From contig JBDRTM010000428.1 in the NCBI GenBank assembly GCA_043824065.1, forward strand, positions 1 through 15,798: 15,798 nucleotides of DNA, given 5' to 3'. The position numbers were made by a program, and so were the translations under genes. This document shows positions 14,020-15,798 of the stretch, piece by piece. Under the pieces are notes generated by a model. It saw only the letters and a program-made list of their open reading frames with translations. It did not search any database and had not been told where the DNA came from. This DNA comes from Planctomycetota bacterium. GTDB lineage: Bacteria > Planctomycetota > Phycisphaerae > Sedimentisphaerales > Anaerobacaceae. Position 1 is the stretch's first letter. Every line of letters starts with the position of its first letter.

Positions 14020-14562
14020 TTAATATGGTTCCTCGTTATATGATTCATCATAGCTATCATCATCTTGTTCCTCGTCGAAATGTTCGCTATCTTCCGATTC
14101 ATCAATAAAATCTTCTCTGGCAAAAGTACCTTTCTCAAACATACTGGCACATAAAACGCAGTATCTGGCCCATGGAATTGCGTCCAATCGCCCCTTTGGG
14201 ATCGGTTCGCCATTGCCTTCACAAATCCCGTATGTTTCATCTTCTATACGTTCCAGTGCGGCGTCGATTTCCGAGATAAGTTTTCTCTCGTTGTCCATCA
14301 GTCCCAATGTATTTTCTATCTCGTAATTATCACTGCCAACGTCAGCCATATGGATTGGCAAATTTGATAAGTCACTTCGTTGCCTATGAAGGGTTTCGGC
14401 TTCCATGCAGGTCATATTGCCCAATATCTCGTTTCTCTTGGCCAGCAATATAGCCTTGAACTTCTGTATTTCGGCTGGCATCAAGCTGGTTTTGCTTTTT
14501 CGTTCTTCTTTCATTGTAAGTCCAGTGAATACAAATAGATTGCAATCTCCGGGGTATCGCAT
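14020..14562 (-). CDS. DksA/TraR family protein with degenerate zinc finger and polyacidic C-terminal tail
   Basis: The coiled-coil region includes ...ADVGSDNYEIENTLGLMDNERKLISEIDAALERIEDETYGICEGNGEPIPKGRLDAIPWARYCVLCA, matching the family pattern YG.CE.CG..I...RL.A.P.A..C..C. The true start may be ATG 14514 (MKEERK...). Confidence 0.85.
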   Translation of the reverse strand: MRYPGDCNLFVFTGLTMKEERKSKTSLMPAEIQKFKAILLAKRNEILGNMTCMEAETLHRQRSDLSNLPIHMADVGSDNYEIENTLGLMDNERKLISEIDAALERIEDETYGICEGNGEPIPKGRLDAIPWARYCVLCASMFEKGTFAREDFIDESEDSEHFDEEQDDDSYDESYNEEPY

Positions 14563-14588
14563 CTTATAAGATACTTAACTGACAGATA

Positions 14589-15233
14589 TCATCGTCCAAG
14601 GAATGCACATAAGCCCTTGACAAAGACCCTTCTGAGTGGTTTTACACTTGTATCGATCTCATCGGCTGTCATGCCTATCATGGCAAAAGAGAAAAAGCCA
14701 AAAACAAATCCTGCTACCGCACATGCCAGACGGCGGACTTTCAATGGGTTTATCCTTGGAGATAGGTATTTTGAGATATTCTGTTCAATTTCTCCCAGAT
14801 AACGTAAATATGGTTCTTCCAGTTCATCCAGTGTATCAGACTGAAGCTTTAGTAATAACTTGCCCTGGAAAAGCAAAAGGAACTCTTCCTTGGAATCAAT
14901 ATAAAACTCATAATGGACATTCAATAAATGTTCCAGCATCGCTTCCAGGGTTTCTGGGGCAGAATCATACGAGCGGATATACTCGATAAGATGGTTAACC
15001 GCTTCTTCTACCAGTATGACGACAATTTCTTCTTTATCTGCAAAATGCTGATAGAGAGTTCCCTTGCCCAGGTCAGCTTTTTCCGTGATATCCTCGACGG
15101 TAGCCGCATCAACGCTTTTTTCGCTGAAAATATCGAGGGCAGCTTTTTTGAGTTTTTTCCGAGTTCTTTTAGCTCTCTTTTGCGACCTACTTTTCTCAGA
15201 TTTCCTGGTTTGGGCCTTCATAAATTTGACCAT
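14589..15233 (-). CDS. TetR/AcrR family transcriptional regulator
   Basis: The HTH region is KKAALDIFSEKSVDAATVEDITEKADLGKGTLYQHFADKEEI. The track start at 15281 is a TTG lying upstream of two operator-like palindromes. ATG 15233 or ATG 15221 is a more plausible start. Confidence 0.85.
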   Translation of the reverse strand: MVKFMKAQTRKSEKSRSQKRAKRTRKKLKKAALDIFSEKSVDAATVEDITEKADLGKGTLYQHFADKEEIVVILVEEAVNHLIEYIRSYDSAPETLEAMLEHLLNVHYEFYIDSKEEFLLLFQGKLLLKLQSDTLDELEEPYLRYLGEIEQNISKYLSPRINPLKVRRLACAVAGFVFGFFSFAMIGMTADEIDTSVKPLRRVFVKGLCAFLGR

Positions 15234-15259
15234 TAAGTCAATATTGACCAAATGGTCAA
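15226..15259. promoter_or_regulatory. Two tandem 16-bp palindromes (putative TetR operators)
   Basis: TTGACC-ATTA-AGTCAA lies at 15226-15241 (5/6 symmetric). TTGACC-AAAT-GGTCAA lies at 15244-15259 (perfect 6-4-6). They are 18 bp apart centre to centre and overlap the 5' end of the TetR ORF. Confidence 0.6.
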
Positions 15260-15268
15260 GAAAAAAAT

Positions 15269-15296
15269 TTGACTTTTGCAAAAATATTATTATTAT
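15269..15296 (+). promoter_or_regulatory. Putative promoter for the divergent Ser/Thr kinase gene
   Basis: TTGACT (15269-15274), a 16-nt spacer, then TATTAT (15291-15296), within a (TAT)n-like AT tract. The choice of -10 element is ambiguous. Confidence 0.35.
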
Positions 15297-15339
15297 TTAG
15301 CTCGATTAAACCGTAGGTTAGAAGGAAATAATTGGCAGG

Positions 15340-15798
15340 ATGAATAAAAGTAGAACATTAAATTCAGATAGCTCCGGGCTGCATCTTAAAAGAGGCAACC
15401 GCCTTGGTAAATACCGCCTGAAAAAGTGTCTCGGTACAGGTGGAATCTGCGAGATCTGGGAGGCAAGAGACCGCGTAGAAGATATCTGGGTCGCCTTAAA
15501 AATACCTCTGGCAGATATAAATGGCAGGCGTAATAATGAGGCTTTATTACGGGAAGTCCGTGCAGTTTCCAAGTTGCGTCATCCCAATATACTCTCAGTC
15601 AAAAATGCTGACATTATTGATGGTCACGCAGTACTTGCTACCGAATTATCCGCAGGTACTTTAGCCGATTGTTCCAAGCCGATGTCTGTCAGAAGAATTA
15701 TATCAATTATTGCTCAAGTACTCGAAGGTCTGACCTACGCCCACCACAATCGAATAGTGCACTGTGATGTTACACCAAGCAACATATTTCTATTTCCG
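15340..15798 (+). CDS. Ser/Thr protein kinase (Hanks-type), 3'-truncated by the window edge
   Basis: Not in the ORF track because no stop falls in the window. ATG 15340 is the first start after an in-frame TAG (15319-15321), and 153 codons stay open to the window edge. Motifs seen are the G-loop LGTGGICEIWEA, VALK, and the catalytic loop IVHCDVTPSNIF. Confidence 0.85.
   Translation, partial: MNKSRTLNSDSSGLHLKRGNRLGKYRLKKCLGTGGICEIWEARDRVEDIWVALKIPLADINGRRNNEALLREVRAVSKLRHPNILSVKNADIIDGHAVLATELSAGTLADCSKPMSVRRIISIIAQVLEGLTYAHHNRIVHCDVTPSNIFLFP

Noticed and set aside
12767-14240. Short ORFs 12767..12982, 12804..12992, 12827..13021, 13424..13624, 13573..13836 and 13944..14240
   Set aside because: I checked whether any of them encode the missing C-terminal ATP-grasp half or the N-terminal M20 half in another frame, which would indicate a frameshift. 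None show such motifs, so they are shadow frames.
12688-14562. LysW/LysX/LysK-type amino-group carrier protein system (Zn-finger protein with acidic tail, ATP-grasp, M20 hydrolase)
   Set aside because: The parts list is tempting but the details do not fit. The small protein is clearly DksA/TraR-like at 180 aa, not a roughly 54-aa LysW ending in EDWGE. The ATP-grasp half is Ddl-type rather than RimK/LysX-type and is truncated. The M20 half lacks its metal ligands. I keep it only as a loose analogy in the cluster finding.
14617-15572. Plus-strand ORFs inside the TetR gene and minus-strand ORF 15318..15572 inside the kinase gene
   Set aside because: They are antisense to CDSs with clear HTH and kinase motifs.

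Overview
The window looks like a bacterial chromosomal segment with mixed GC content. Sampled 60-nt stretches run from about 35% GC in the 2.0-3.7 kb stretch to about 57% in the neighbouring core genes. I support 15 protein-coding genes from the ORF track, two of them cut by the window edges, plus two short unlisted ORFs. No rRNA, tRNA, CRISPR array, transposase or integrase was seen.

Gene content, left to right:
- A polyol-type Zn-dehydrogenase and an SDR oxidoreductase, separated by a roughly 157-nt repeat-laden hairpin.
- A low-GC islet carrying an overlapping MNT/HEPN (HepT-like) toxin-antitoxin pair, an ATC-hydrolase-family gene, and a 35-codon amidohydrolase-like stub that overlaps the cinA start.
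- cinA.
- pilB-pilT. PilB carries an N-terminal tandem MshEN-type c-di-GMP motif.
- A convergent 722-aa secreted LamG protein with three tandem roughly 90-aa repeats, preceded by a cloverleaf-like GC-rich 5' leader.
- A DUF2752 membrane protein and a divergent inositol monophosphatase.
- A minus-strand cluster, described below.
- The 5' part of a divergent Ser/Thr kinase.

The minus-strand cluster (12.5-15.3 kb) is the most unusual locus. It reads TetR, then a DksA/TraR-like protein with a degenerate zinc finger and a polyacidic tail, then an intact 419-aa ORF, then an unlisted 21-aa polylysine micro-ORF with a strong SD and terminator. The 419-aa ORF looks like an in-frame chimera of half a Ddl-type ATP-grasp ligase and half a catalytically degenerate M20 peptidase.

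The taxon cannot be fixed from the sequence. The LamG and repeat protein style is reminiscent of Planctomycetota/PVC-type genomes, with low confidence. All family assignments come from motif recognition by eye and need HMM or BLAST confirmation.
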